Part shown: positions 9,113 through 17,832 of the stretch, piece by piece | Layout: every line of letters begins with the position of its first letter | Numbering within the stretch: the stretch's first letter is position 1 | Assembly (NCBI GenBank): GCA_963779225.1 | Contig: CAVZWW010000003.1 | Location: 3,445,504 to 3,509,503, forward strand | From: an uncultured Bacteroidota bacterium | GTDB lineage: Bacteria; Bacteroidota; Ignavibacteria; UBA10030; UBA6906 | Length of the DNA: 64,000 nt | Reading direction: 5' to 3' | Position numbers and translations under genes: made by a program | Notes under the pieces: model-generated | Database searches by the model: none | What the model saw: only the letters and a program-made list of their open reading frames with translations | Told to the model about the DNA's origin: nothing

Positions 9113-9340
9113 CTGAGGACTTCCGGGCCCCACTTGAGCCTCAGCCAGGGCACATGTGGCACAGTGGCACTTCTTGAGTCTCTGGCGACATGTAAGCACG
9201 AGCCCCACTTGAGCCCCAGCCAGAGGCTCTGCTTGAGGCACAAGTTGAGGCACTGAGCCTCCTGAGCCCTGGCGCCACACGCGCCTGAACGTGCCTGCGG
9301 CACGGCTGAAATCTACTCACCCCCCGTGACATTCAAGAAA
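9113..9340. repeat. Mosaic repeat block C plus a third stub of the leader-start motif
   Basis: Shares CTTCCGGGCCCCACTTG, CCCAGCCAGAGGCTCTGCTTGAGGCACA and GCCACACGCGCCTG..C..GCCTGCGGCACGGCTGAAAT.TACTCA with block A. Ends in CCCCCCGTGACATTCAAGAAA. Confidence 0.85.
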
Positions 9341-9401
9341 CTGACGGTCGGTAAACCTGGACAGTCGGTGAACCTGGATAGTCTTCTATATGTAAAGGCT
9401 G

Positions 9402-10013
9402 TTACTTCCAAGTCGGAGGTCGAAAGAGTTTCCTACCTCCACCAATATTGATTACGTCGTCCAGTTGACATGTTTTCAACTGCTTCTCTCGGATACGAGT
9501 ATAAGAATCGCAAACTTCTATCAGCTGTTCGGCCTTCCGACCGATAGGAATAGCTACGCGGACTTGTTTGGAGGGATAAAGAGTTTTAACCGCCTGGATC
9601 GCCGGGATCTGATCGCTATCCCCGGACACTATCACTGAAATGTCGTGAAGATCTTGAATGGCAAAACGGAAAAGGTGGATTGCGATATTAACGTCTGTTT
9701 GCTTTTCTTCTCTGCCCTTGTACTGCTTCCCGCAAACAGAACAAAGCCTGTCGCGTTGCTTGAACTCACCATATACTGTTCGCACTCCCTTTAACTCATT
9801 TGCCTGAATGAGCAGTTTGTGTCTGACCACTTTGTCCGGTTTCCACGTCTGCAGTGCTGTGAAGTAATACACTCCCACGATTTTGTCTGTCTTGGGGACA
9901 AGAATGCGAGCCAGCTTGTCAAAATCCATCCATTTATATTTGTGATACGCGGGCTCATCGTCTAACGCATGGTAGAGATTGAATCCGTCAACAAAGACTA
10001 TTACCTTCGACAT
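9402..10013 (-). CDS. NYN (LabA/DUF88, PIN-like fold) domain ribonuclease with a CxxC insertion
   Basis: VFVDGFNLYH, YYFTA, CSVC, EEKQTDVNIA and SGDSD motifs. GGAGG lies 4 nt before ATG 10013. Visibly lower GC than its flanks. Confidence 0.9.
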   Translation of the reverse strand: MSKVIVFVDGFNLYHALDDEPAYHKYKWMDFDKLARILVPKTDKIVGVYYFTALQTWKPDKVVRHKLLIQANELKGVRTVYGEFKQRDRLCSVCGKQYKGREEKQTDVNIAIHLFRFAIQDLHDISVIVSGDSDQIPAIQAVKTLYPSKQVRVAIPIGRKAEQLIEVCDSYTRIREKQLKTCQLDDVINIGGGRKLFRPPTWK

Positions 10014-10022
10014 GTACCCTCC

Positions 10023-10053
10023 AAAAAAAACCCGAGTCCACAGGGATCTCGGG
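10023..10053 (-). terminator. Terminator-like hairpin in the NYN leader, directly before the RBS
   Basis: Minus strand CCCGAG-ATCCCTGTGGA-CTCGGG-TTTTTTTT-GGAGGGTAC-ATG. Confidence 0.7.
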
Positions 10054-10091
10054 GCCAATGAGACACGACATCTCAAAGGGATGACATTGCC

Positions 10092-10120
10092 AATATAAGC
10101 CCCCCCGACCGGAAATGCAA
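10092..10120 (-). promoter_or_regulatory. Sigma70-type promoter for the NYN locus
   Basis: Minus strand TTGCAT-N17-TATATT. Confidence 0.65.
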
Positions 10121-10242
10121 ATTGCTGGAATACTATCGTGCGAAAAATCGACCGAAGAACCCGTTGGACAGCCCGATAATTCATTGTTTTTCAGCATTTT
10201 ATGCGAGCATCATTTTCGCCATCGTTTTTGTCAGAAATGTCA

Positions 10243-10362
10243 TCACTTCCGACGAGCCTGAATCCATCGGAGCATCGGAGCCCACACTTTGGTCGGAGCA
10301 TTCGTTGCATAGAAGAGATCGATGTGGCCAAATTCTGTCTCAATAGGCGCGGAAATACTCAC
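10243..10362 (-). pseudogene. Possible C-terminal relic of an alpha/beta-hydrolase
   Basis: Reads ...ETEFGHIDLFYATNAPTKVWAPMLRWIQARRK*, like the catalytic-His tail of alpha/beta hydrolases. No upstream body is visible. Confidence 0.3.
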
Positions 10363-10672
10363 AGTGAACCCCCTGCACGATTGGTACAAGGGGTTCTGTG
10401 CCGGCCTACCGGCGTTGCGGATTGTGAAGCCAGTTTAAGGGTAAGCCATTCGATAGGACTTGTCGGGCGAAATCTGACCAAGCGAAATCTGACCACAATA
10501 TTCAGGCTACAAGACTCTGATACCGGAAGAACCCGACCGGCAAAATATGACGATATTGTTCGCATTAAAACACCGTACACCTCGGGTAACTGCTGCAAAC
10601 TTGCGGCTTGTGTGGCGTTTGGGTATCTTACCGCTGCCTTCCCTCTCTTTCCCATAGCTCAAGGAGTCACCC

Positions 10673-11593
10673 ATGAAAGTCCTGATCACCGACGGCATCT
10701 CGCCCGAAGGTGCCAAAATCCTCACAGACGCAGGCCTCACCGTCCACCAGCAGAAGTTGACCCCGGAAGAACTCCTCACCCGGATCGGCGACTACGAGGC
10801 AATTATCGTACGTTCCGCCACGAAGGTCACCAAAGACGTCATCGAAGCCGGGAAGAATCTCAAGGTGGTGGCGCGCGGAGGCGTCGGACTCGACAATATC
10901 GATACTGTTGCCGCCGCAGCGAAGCACATCCTGGTGCTTAACACCCCCGGAGCATCCGCAATCTCCGTCGCGGAACTCACACTGGCGCACATGCTTGCCG
11001 TCAGCCGTTTCCTTCACGTCAGCTCCATGGACATGCGCCAGGGAAAGTGGCCGAAGAAGGAGTACTCGGCAGGAATCGAACTCTACAAGAAGACTCTTGG
11101 CATCATCGGACTGGGAAGCATCGGCAAAGAAGTCGCACGCCGCGCTCTCGGGTTTGGCATGCACGTTCTGGCATACGACCCTCCCTTCTCCCCGATGGAT
11201 TTCATCGTCGAGATCACCACCAAAGAACGCCTGCTTGCTCAGGCGGATTACATCACGCTCCATCTTCCATTCGACAAGAAAGCGGGACCGACGGTCACCA
11301 AAGTTGATTTCGACGCCATGAAGAAAGGTGTTGTGCTGGTGAATTGCGCACGCGGCGGGATTGTTGATCAGAAAGCACTCCTGGAGGCGCTGAACAGCGG
11401 CAAAGTGGCCGCCGCCGCACTCGATGTCTTCGAGCACGAACCTCCCACCGAGGACGAGCGCGCGCTTATCAACCATCCCCACGTCAGCGTCTCACCGCAT
11501 ATCGGAGGGTCCACCGTGGAGGCGCAGGATCGGGTCGGGGCCGAGATCGCCATCAAAGTCGTGAAAGCCCTTGCACCGGACAAAATGCGGTAA
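10673..11593 (+). CDS. serA: D-3-phosphoglycerate dehydrogenase / D-2-hydroxyacid dehydrogenase (short form, no ACT domain)
   Basis: IIVRSATKV, RGGVGLDNID, GIIGLGSIG, VNCARGGIV, LDVFEHEP and SPHIGGST. Confidence 0.85.
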   Translation: MKVLITDGISPEGAKILTDAGLTVHQQKLTPEELLTRIGDYEAIIVRSATKVTKDVIEAGKNLKVVARGGVGLDNIDTVAAAAKHILVLNTPGASAISVAELTLAHMLAVSRFLHVSSMDMRQGKWPKKEYSAGIELYKKTLGIIGLGSIGKEVARRALGFGMHVLAYDPPFSPMDFIVEITTKERLLAQADYITLHLPFDKKAGPTVTKVDFDAMKKGVVLVNCARGGIVDQKALLEALNSGKVAAAALDVFEHEPPTEDERALINHPHVSVSPHIGGSTVEAQDRVGAEIAIKVVKALAPDKMR

Positions 11594-11605
11594 AAGGAGA
11601 ATATC

Positions 11606-12523
11606 ATGGAACGCCAGGAAGCCGAAGCAATTCTTACACTCAGCCTGATGGCGGCGTTTGCAGACGGAACGATGGCCGAAGCGGAACGTCAACGCGTCAA
11701 GGAAATCATGAACAACCTCGGCTTCGAATCGTCTCCGGCTCTTCTGCAACGGGTGGTGATGAAACAGGTCACCCTCGAAGAAACCGCGCGGCTCCTGGCG
11801 TCTCCTGAATCACGATCCCTCGCGTATGAGATGGCCGTCTACGTGTGCGAAGCCGACGGGGCCACCAACAGCGAGGAGCGGCGCTTTCTGGAAAACCTCC
11901 AGACGAACCTCGATATTGCCGCCCCTGCAGCTGCCGCCGTGCAGCGCGGGTCCGCGGCGGTAGTAACCACTCCGGCCACGGTGGAACAGGCTCCGCTCGC
12001 GGTCGAACCGAAAGAAGGCGAGCTGGATCCGATGATCCTGAAATACGCAATCCTTACAGGCGCGCTGGAACTGCTGCCGCAATCCCTGGCCACGATGGCC
12101 ATCATTCCCCTTCAGATCCGTATGGTCTACCGGGTCGGCGTGGCACACGGAGTGTCACTCGACAGGGGACACATAACAGAGTTCCTTGCGACAGTCGGTG
12201 TGGGGATGACGGCACAGATGGTGGAGGGAATGGCCCGGCGGGTGCTGGGTCGACTGGGGCGCACTCTTGGAGGCGGTCTGTTCGGGATGGCCACCAGCGC
12301 GATAACAGGTTCGGCGCTCACATTCGGAACGACGTACGCGCTCGGACAGGTCGCAAAAACGTACTATGCGGGCGGCCGCACACTCACGATGGATCAACTC
12401 AAAGCCCTCTTCCAGCGGCTCCTCGACGAAGGCAAGACCCTTTTTGCGCGCCACCAGGGCGAAGTGCAGTCGCGGGCACAAACGTTGAATCTTGCAGAAG
12501 TGCTCCCGCTGCTGAAACAATAA
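11606..12523 (+). CDS. TerB-like N-terminal domain fused to a DUF697/YcjF-like C-terminal domain
   Basis: MAAFADG..AEAER and VCEADG..NSEERRFL (TerB-like); LAIIPLQIRMVYRVG..HG and TYALGQVA..YY (DUF697-like). Confidence 0.7.
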   Translation: MERQEAEAILTLSLMAAFADGTMAEAERQRVKEIMNNLGFESSPALLQRVVMKQVTLEETARLLASPESRSLAYEMAVYVCEADGATNSEERRFLENLQTNLDIAAPAAAAVQRGSAAVVTTPATVEQAPLAVEPKEGELDPMILKYAILTGALELLPQSLATMAIIPLQIRMVYRVGVAHGVSLDRGHITEFLATVGVGMTAQMVEGMARRVLGRLGRTLGGGLFGMATSAITGSALTFGTTYALGQVAKTYYAGGRTLTMDQLKALFQRLLDEGKTLFARHQGEVQSRAQTLNLAEVLPLLKQ

Positions 12524-12720
12524 CGCTCGATCTTCGGGCGGTCGGTGGGGGGGCGGGCTGTTCGGCGCGGCTGCCAATTCTCCATCAGGCGCCACGCTCG
12601 ACTTCTACTCTCGCGTACCGCTGAAACGATCTCGCCTGACCGCACCGTCGGTCTGAACCCGTTGCCGATGTACCATCCCCCCCTAAATGTTCACGCGGCT
12701 CATTGCCGGAGAACTCGCCT

Positions 12721-13683
12721 TCACAACGCTCCCGCCCAACGCACTTTCTCCATCACCTGCGCACTCTGTCCGCCTTCGTGCCGGTTGTAGGGCCACACAC
12801 GAATTTCCTTCTCTCCCCCGAAGTGGTTATACGCGGCAAACACCGTACGCGGCGGACAGACATCATCCATCAACCCTACTGAAAAGAGCCCGCGGCATTT
12901 TGCCCGCGCCGCGAAGTTGATCCCGTCGAAATAAGAAAGCGTCTCAAAAACCTGTTCCACTTTGTCTCTGTGGATCTTGCAGAACTGGACAATCTCCGCA
13001 TAGGGATCCCGGTCCGTGATCTCCGTTGCCGTGCGATAGTGACAGAGGAACGGCACGTCCGGCATCACGGCTATCACCCGCTCATCCAGTGCGGACACCG
13101 CAAGGGCAATTCCACCTCCCTGACTCCCGCCGGTGAGCACCACACGGTCGGGATCGACGGCGGGAAACATCCTCGCAGTTTCGACTGCACGGACGGCGTC
13201 TGCGAACACGCGTCTGTAGTAATATGTGTCGGGCGAGAGAACACCCCGGGTCATAAACCCGGGGACCTGTGGATTCCCCCCGGTCTCTTCGGGATCAGGC
13301 GTATCTCCCCGTTGCCAGACACTTCCCTGTCCGCGCGTATCCATCACAAAGTGTGCGTAGCCGCAGCTGCTCCATGTGAGCCAGTCGATCGGGTATCCCC
13401 TCCCTCCGCCATAGCCGATATACTCCACCACACACGGCAGACGACCTTCGCGCCGCGAGGGTACAAGAAGCCAGCCTTTGATGGAGTTTCCCGCGAAACC
13501 CTGAAAGGTCACATCGAAGGCATCAACGGTTTTCAGTCCGGCTTCCACCGGGACGAATTGCGGAGTGAGCGGAATTCGCCGGGTATCGTCCAGCGTCCGT
13601 TTCCAGAATGCTTCAAAGTCTCCCGGTTCCACACGCGCGGGACGGTAGACGCGAAGCTCGTCAAGAGGAAGGTCAAAGAGCAT
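12721..13683 (-). CDS. Acetyl xylan esterase / cephalosporin-C deacetylase (CE7)
   Basis: [23 protein letters not shown] nucleophile, GLMDDVCPP and NRHEGG. Confidence 0.93.
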   Translation of the reverse strand: MLFDLPLDELRVYRPARVEPGDFEAFWKRTLDDTRRIPLTPQFVPVEAGLKTVDAFDVTFQGFAGNSIKGWLLVPSRREGRLPCVVEYIGYGGGRGYPIDWLTWSSCGYAHFVMDTRGQGSVWQRGDTPDPEETGGNPQVPGFMTRGVLSPDTYYYRRVFADAVRAVETARMFPAVDPDRVVLTGGSQGGGIALAVSALDERVIAVMPDVPFLCHYRTATEITDRDPYAEIVQFCKIHRDKVEQVFETLSYFDGINFAARAKCRGLFSVGLMDDVCPPRTVFAAYNHFGGEKEIRVWPYNRHEGGQSAQVMEKVRWAGAL

Positions 13684-13963
13684 GCGGGAATCCTATGGCA
13701 TCTGTGAACATGTGTCGGGGGGATGAGTATATCTCGATCTCTGACGAATGCAGGCCTCTATGGCTGCAGATGGCCGACGCCCTGACGCGACAACGGCGAG
13801 ACACGCTCCACTCGGCCCGGCGTTGTGAAATGTGATTGCGAACGGGGTTTTCCGCAGACATCCGGTGTCGCCGCAACCGGCTCACCCGAAGGCATCGGCG
13901 GTCCGGACCAGTCGCCACGGCGGCAAGCCCCTTCGGAACGTCCCGGCTTTGAGATCACGGGCA

Positions 13964-15292
13964 CTAGCTGCCGCTGACCTGTTGCGCGCGGTTCAGTGGA
14001 AACCGGACCAGGAATTCTGTACCGTGGTCGGTCCGGAGTTCTATCGTGCCGGAAAGTTGTGCAACCAGGCTCCGCACAATAACCATTCCCATCGTGCGCG
14101 AGGTACGGTAATCCTCGGCGTCACCAATTCCCACGCCGTCATCGGCCACCCGCAACTGCAGCATCCCCGGGTGTTGCGGAGTCAACTCCACTTTGATCGT
14201 CCCCTCTCTGCGTCCCTTGAATCCGTGTTTCAGGGCATTCGTCACCAGCTCATTGATGATCAGCCCGCAGGGGATGGCCGTGTCCACGTGGAGTTGCACG
14301 TCGTCCGCCTTAACATCGACATGAACATTCCGCACACCGTACGACTGCAGGAGTTCGCGCGTCACCGTCCGGACGTACTCTCCGAAATCCACTTCAGCAA
14401 CGTTGCGTGTCTGGTAGAGCTTCTCGTGAATACGGGCCATGGATTGGACACGGCCGCGTGTTTCCTTCAACAGTTCCTTCGTCACCGGGTGATCGGCCGC
14501 CTGCTGCTGCAAGCTGAGCAGGCTGGAGATGACCTGGAGATTGTTTTTGACGCGGTGATGGATTTCGCGGAGCAGGATAACCTTTTCCTCCACCATCGCG
14601 CGCAAAGCATCTTCCGCTTTCCTTCGTTCCGCGATCTCCTGCTTCAGAGTGCTATTCGCGCGCAACAACTCTTCAGTGCGCTGATCGACGAGTGCATCCA
14701 GGCGCGCATTCATCTGCCTCAGCTCCGCCATCAGGAAGAGATTGTCCTGCCGCACCACCACCATCTCCACGAGACGCTGCAGGAGACCTGTGAGCACATC
14801 CAGCCGTTCTTCGGAATGTTCGTCTGCAAAGAGAAACATGCCGACCTCGCCCCCCTGTCTTTTAAATGGAATCAAGAGCAGTGAGGCGGGCTGCATCCCC
14901 ACGGATTCAAACAATCCCAGGAAAGGACGGAACTCAGGTTGCCGGGGGGACAGCAGAACGACTCCCTCTTCGAGGGAGGACTGTAAACCGGAGGAGAGGG
15001 GAAGGACAGAGTCTCTGAGGGAACAATCGGAGGAGACAAGATACGCCGCTTCAACAGTGAGGAGTCGCCCTTTGAGCACCCAGCAAACACTCGCGAGCAG
15101 ATCTTTCAGGACCGCGATCTTCTCGAGCGCGGTCTCCAGCAGGCGATGGCCGTCCGTCAGGAGATTGATTTGTTCCGCAATCAATCCGAGAAGAAGTGTA
15201 TCCTCAGCCTTCTCGGCGAGCATTTCGTTCTCTGCCGAAAGAACCCGGATCCTTGCCTGCAGCTCTGCAATCTCGTTCGCGCGGTCAGGCAT
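13964..15292 (-). CDS. Sensor histidine kinase (HisKA_2 type) with a GAF-like N-terminal region
   Basis: LLREIHHRVKNNLQVISSLL, GLIINELVTNALKH and VADDGVG. ATG overlaps the end of the upstream hydrolase. Confidence 0.9.
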   Translation of the reverse strand: MPDRANEIAELQARIRVLSAENEMLAEKAEDTLLLGLIAEQINLLTDGHRLLETALEKIAVLKDLLASVCWVLKGRLLTVEAAYLVSSDCSLRDSVLPLSSGLQSSLEEGVVLLSPRQPEFRPFLGLFESVGMQPASLLLIPFKRQGGEVGMFLFADEHSEERLDVLTGLLQRLVEMVVVRQDNLFLMAELRQMNARLDALVDQRTEELLRANSTLKQEIAERRKAEDALRAMVEEKVILLREIHHRVKNNLQVISSLLSLQQQAADHPVTKELLKETRGRVQSMARIHEKLYQTRNVAEVDFGEYVRTVTRELLQSYGVRNVHVDVKADDVQLHVDTAIPCGLIINELVTNALKHGFKGRREGTIKVELTPQHPGMLQLRVADDGVGIGDAEDYRTSRTMGMVIVRSLVAQLSGTIELRTDHGTEFLVRFPLNRAQQVSGS

Positions 15293-16106
15293 GCTGTCCG
15301 CCGAAAAACTCCAGCACCAGCGAAATGACCCTTTCCGGTTCATCAATCATGAGAAAATGTCCTCCCGTGGCGATCGAGACCAACCGGCTGTGTGGAATCT
15401 CGCGATGAAGTCTGTCGGAGATCATACTGCTCAAATACGGATCTGCTTCACCGCGTATGATCATTACCGGCATGGGCAATGATGGAAGCAGAGCGGCGAT
15501 ATCCATCAGATCGCGATTGTCCAGGGAACGTGCAAAATGCAGAAGGGCTTTCCGGCCGTCCGACGTCCCCATCGGCTTCATGAAGTAGGCCATCAGCTCT
15601 TTGGTGAGTTTCTCTTTATGAAAGAGCCCGCGCCGGACAAGAAGACGGAATGTCCCGACATCCAGCGAAGCCATCATGAGCTGCCTGATAATCGGCGTTC
15701 TCATGGCAATGATCGGCTGAACCGGCCAGAAGTCATAGGCAACGGTGTTGATGAGGGTCAGGTCAAGGAGACTGGCAGGATACCGCACGGCGAAGATCTG
15801 ACCGATGCCGCCCCCCAGGTCATGTCCGATGTAGTGAAACTTTGTGACGCCAAGTTTGTCCGTGAACTCCTTCAGTCGCCGGGCGTGATCCTTGAGAGCA
15901 TAGGAAACATCCACCGGTTTGTCGGAGTCACCGCACCCGAGCAGATCGACGGCCAGCACTCTGTACCTGGCCGCGAGGGAGGCTATCATCTCCTTCCAGA
16001 TGAAGGAGTAGGTGGTAATACCATGCACAAGCAGGAGCGTCTCTCCGGTACCGGACTCGGCGTATGCCAGCTTGTGCCCCGACACCTCAACGAAGTGCTT
16101 CTGCAT
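15285..16106 (-). CDS. Alpha/beta hydrolase, epoxide hydrolase/haloalkane dehalogenase-like (Asp nucleophile)
   Basis: LLVHG, DLLGCGDSDKP, GHDLGGG, RGEADPY and GGHF. Confidence 0.9.
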   Translation of the reverse strand: MQKHFVEVSGHKLAYAESGTGETLLLVHGITTYSFIWKEMIASLAARYRVLAVDLLGCGDSDKPVDVSYALKDHARRLKEFTDKLGVTKFHYIGHDLGGGIGQIFAVRYPASLLDLTLINTVAYDFWPVQPIIAMRTPIIRQLMMASLDVGTFRLLVRRGLFHKEKLTKELMAYFMKPMGTSDGRKALLHFARSLDNRDLMDIAALLPSLPMPVMIIRGEADPYLSSMISDRLHREIPHSRLVSIATGGHFLMIDEPERVISLVLEFFGGQHA

Positions 16107-16381
16107 AGTGAATCGTGTTCCCCTTTCCCGGCGAAACACACATCGCCTCCCCATCGACCGGCGGAGAGGCGGAACCTCGTGGGCTTGATGCCAGCACAAT
16201 GTATCACAGAAACATTTGAGTGTCAACCATCACCGTTTGACACGGTTTTTCAGGTGATGAACTGGCAAGATGTGGTGCTCTCGGGTTGGTCGGAGTGCGC
16301 ACAGTTTCGGAAACCGATCCGTGAATCGAGCACATACCGCGTCGTAAGGCGAATGAGGCGTTGGGAGGGTGAGAAAATCGA

Positions 16382-16582
16382 TTACTGCAAGCCTTGAATG
16401 AGATCCTTACTTCCCCGTAACATTCGATTCACGAGAGTCTGTCGATCGATTTTCTTCCGAGTCGCATATTTCTGTACAAACTCCGAGATATCCTTCTCGA
16501 GGTAAATCGGAAGATTTACTCGGGCATTTTCCCGATAGAACTTTCCCCGTTCTCCAACGGAAAAATCATATTCTTTTTTCAT
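16382..16582 (-). CDS. BrnA-like (CopG/RHH) antitoxin
   Basis: MKKEYDFSVGERGKFY...IYLEKDI...QTLVNRML, typical of antitoxins downstream of BrnT toxins. Confidence 0.7.
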   Translation of the reverse strand: MKKEYDFSVGERGKFYRENARVNLPIYLEKDISEFVQKYATRKKIDRQTLVNRMLRGSKDLIQGLQ

Positions 16583-16586
16583 TTCA

Positions 16587-16671
16587 TCACCTTGTTTGGT
16601 ATTGATGATCTTCTTCGCTTCTTGAAATTTGCCTTGGCTTTGGCAGGATCCCATTCAAAATTGTAGTTCAC
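16587..16671 (-). pseudogene. BrnT-like toxin with a large internal deletion
   Basis: GTG-NYNFEWDPAKAKANFKK (BrnT N-terminus) is fused directly, out of frame, to EEDHQYQTR* (C-terminus-like), 4 nt before the antitoxin ATG. Confidence 0.65.
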
Positions 16672-16811
16672 GCTGGATTCCTCAGCGATATTCCTTCTAC
16701 TATACGTTTTTTTCAGATAAATGCCAATTTTTGAGATGCGAGTTTTGAGAGATTTGTCCGTTGGAATTGTCCGATGCTGTGTGTATCTTTGGGCGACATC
16801 CCCTGCCTGCC

Positions 16812-17810
16812 ATGAAAGCACAACGCACCTGTCTTATCGTCGGCGCCGGCATTTCCGGACTGATGGCAGCCCACACGCTCTCCCGTGCCGGCTGCAAAGT
16901 CACGGTTCTCGACAAATCCCGGGGCGTCGGCGGGCGCATGGCAACACGGCGGCTGGATCGCTGGACATTCGACCACGGAGCACAGTACCTTTCCGCCCGG
17001 CATGAGTCATTCCGGGAGAAACTGCGTTCCTGGTGGAATGAAGGGTTGATACGCCCCTGGATGGAATCTCTTCTGGATGGCTCGGGCAGCGCCCAGCCGC
17101 TTGAATCTACCGCCTACGCCGGGTCGCCGTCCATGACATCCATCCCCAAAGCCATGGCGATCGGTCTGCACGTCGCGCTTCAGGAACGCGTGCAGAGCGC
17201 TCGGATCAACAATGAGGCCTGGAGTATCGACACGGATACGGACGAAACGTACATGGCGGAAGCCCTTTTGCTCACCGCCCCCCTCCCCCAGTCGCTCGCC
17301 ATTCTGGAAGCCGGAGGAGTGGTGCTCCCGTCTCCCCTGGGTGAAGAGTTGCAGGGTGCGCGCTATGATCCATGCTTCGCTCTGCTGGCGGGACTTTCGG
17401 GTCCTGCCGGCTTGCCATCCCCCGGAGCAATTCAGGTGAATGGTGATGTCATTGCCTGGATTGCCGACAATCATCAGAAGGGCGTTTCATCGTCGCCCGG
17501 GGCAATAACCATCCACGCAAGCACATCCTTCAGCAAGCAGAATCTTGAGGCATCCGAAAGTTCGATCCTGCAGACGTTAACGGAGGCCGCGCGTCCTTAC
17601 CTGGCATCCACGATCGAATCATTCCAGCTCCACCGGTGGCGCTACAGCACGCCGAAACACCCATTCCCGATGCTGACGGTGCTGGCTTCCGAGCAGCCTC
17701 CTCTTGTGTTCGCGGGCGATGCCTTCGGTTCGGGGGGTGTAGAGGGCGCTGCACTCTCCGGAATCGCCGCGGCAGAACTGCTCCTCGAACGCTGTGGTGC
17801 CGAGCACTGA
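16812..17810 (+). CDS. FAD/NAD(P)-dependent oxidoreductase, renalase-like
   Basis: IVGAGISGL, DKSRGVGGRMATRR, FDHGAQY, HRWRYS, FAGDAF and VEGAALSG. Confidence 0.88.
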   Translation: MKAQRTCLIVGAGISGLMAAHTLSRAGCKVTVLDKSRGVGGRMATRRLDRWTFDHGAQYLSARHESFREKLRSWWNEGLIRPWMESLLDGSGSAQPLESTAYAGSPSMTSIPKAMAIGLHVALQERVQSARINNEAWSIDTDTDETYMAEALLLTAPLPQSLAILEAGGVVLPSPLGEELQGARYDPCFALLAGLSGPAGLPSPGAIQVNGDVIAWIADNHQKGVSSSPGAITIHASTSFSKQNLEASESSILQTLTEAARPYLASTIESFQLHRWRYSTPKHPFPMLTVLASEQPPLVFAGDAFGSGGVEGAALSGIAAAELLLERCGAEH

Positions 17811-17832
17811 AATCTCCAATGAAAGGTTCGCC

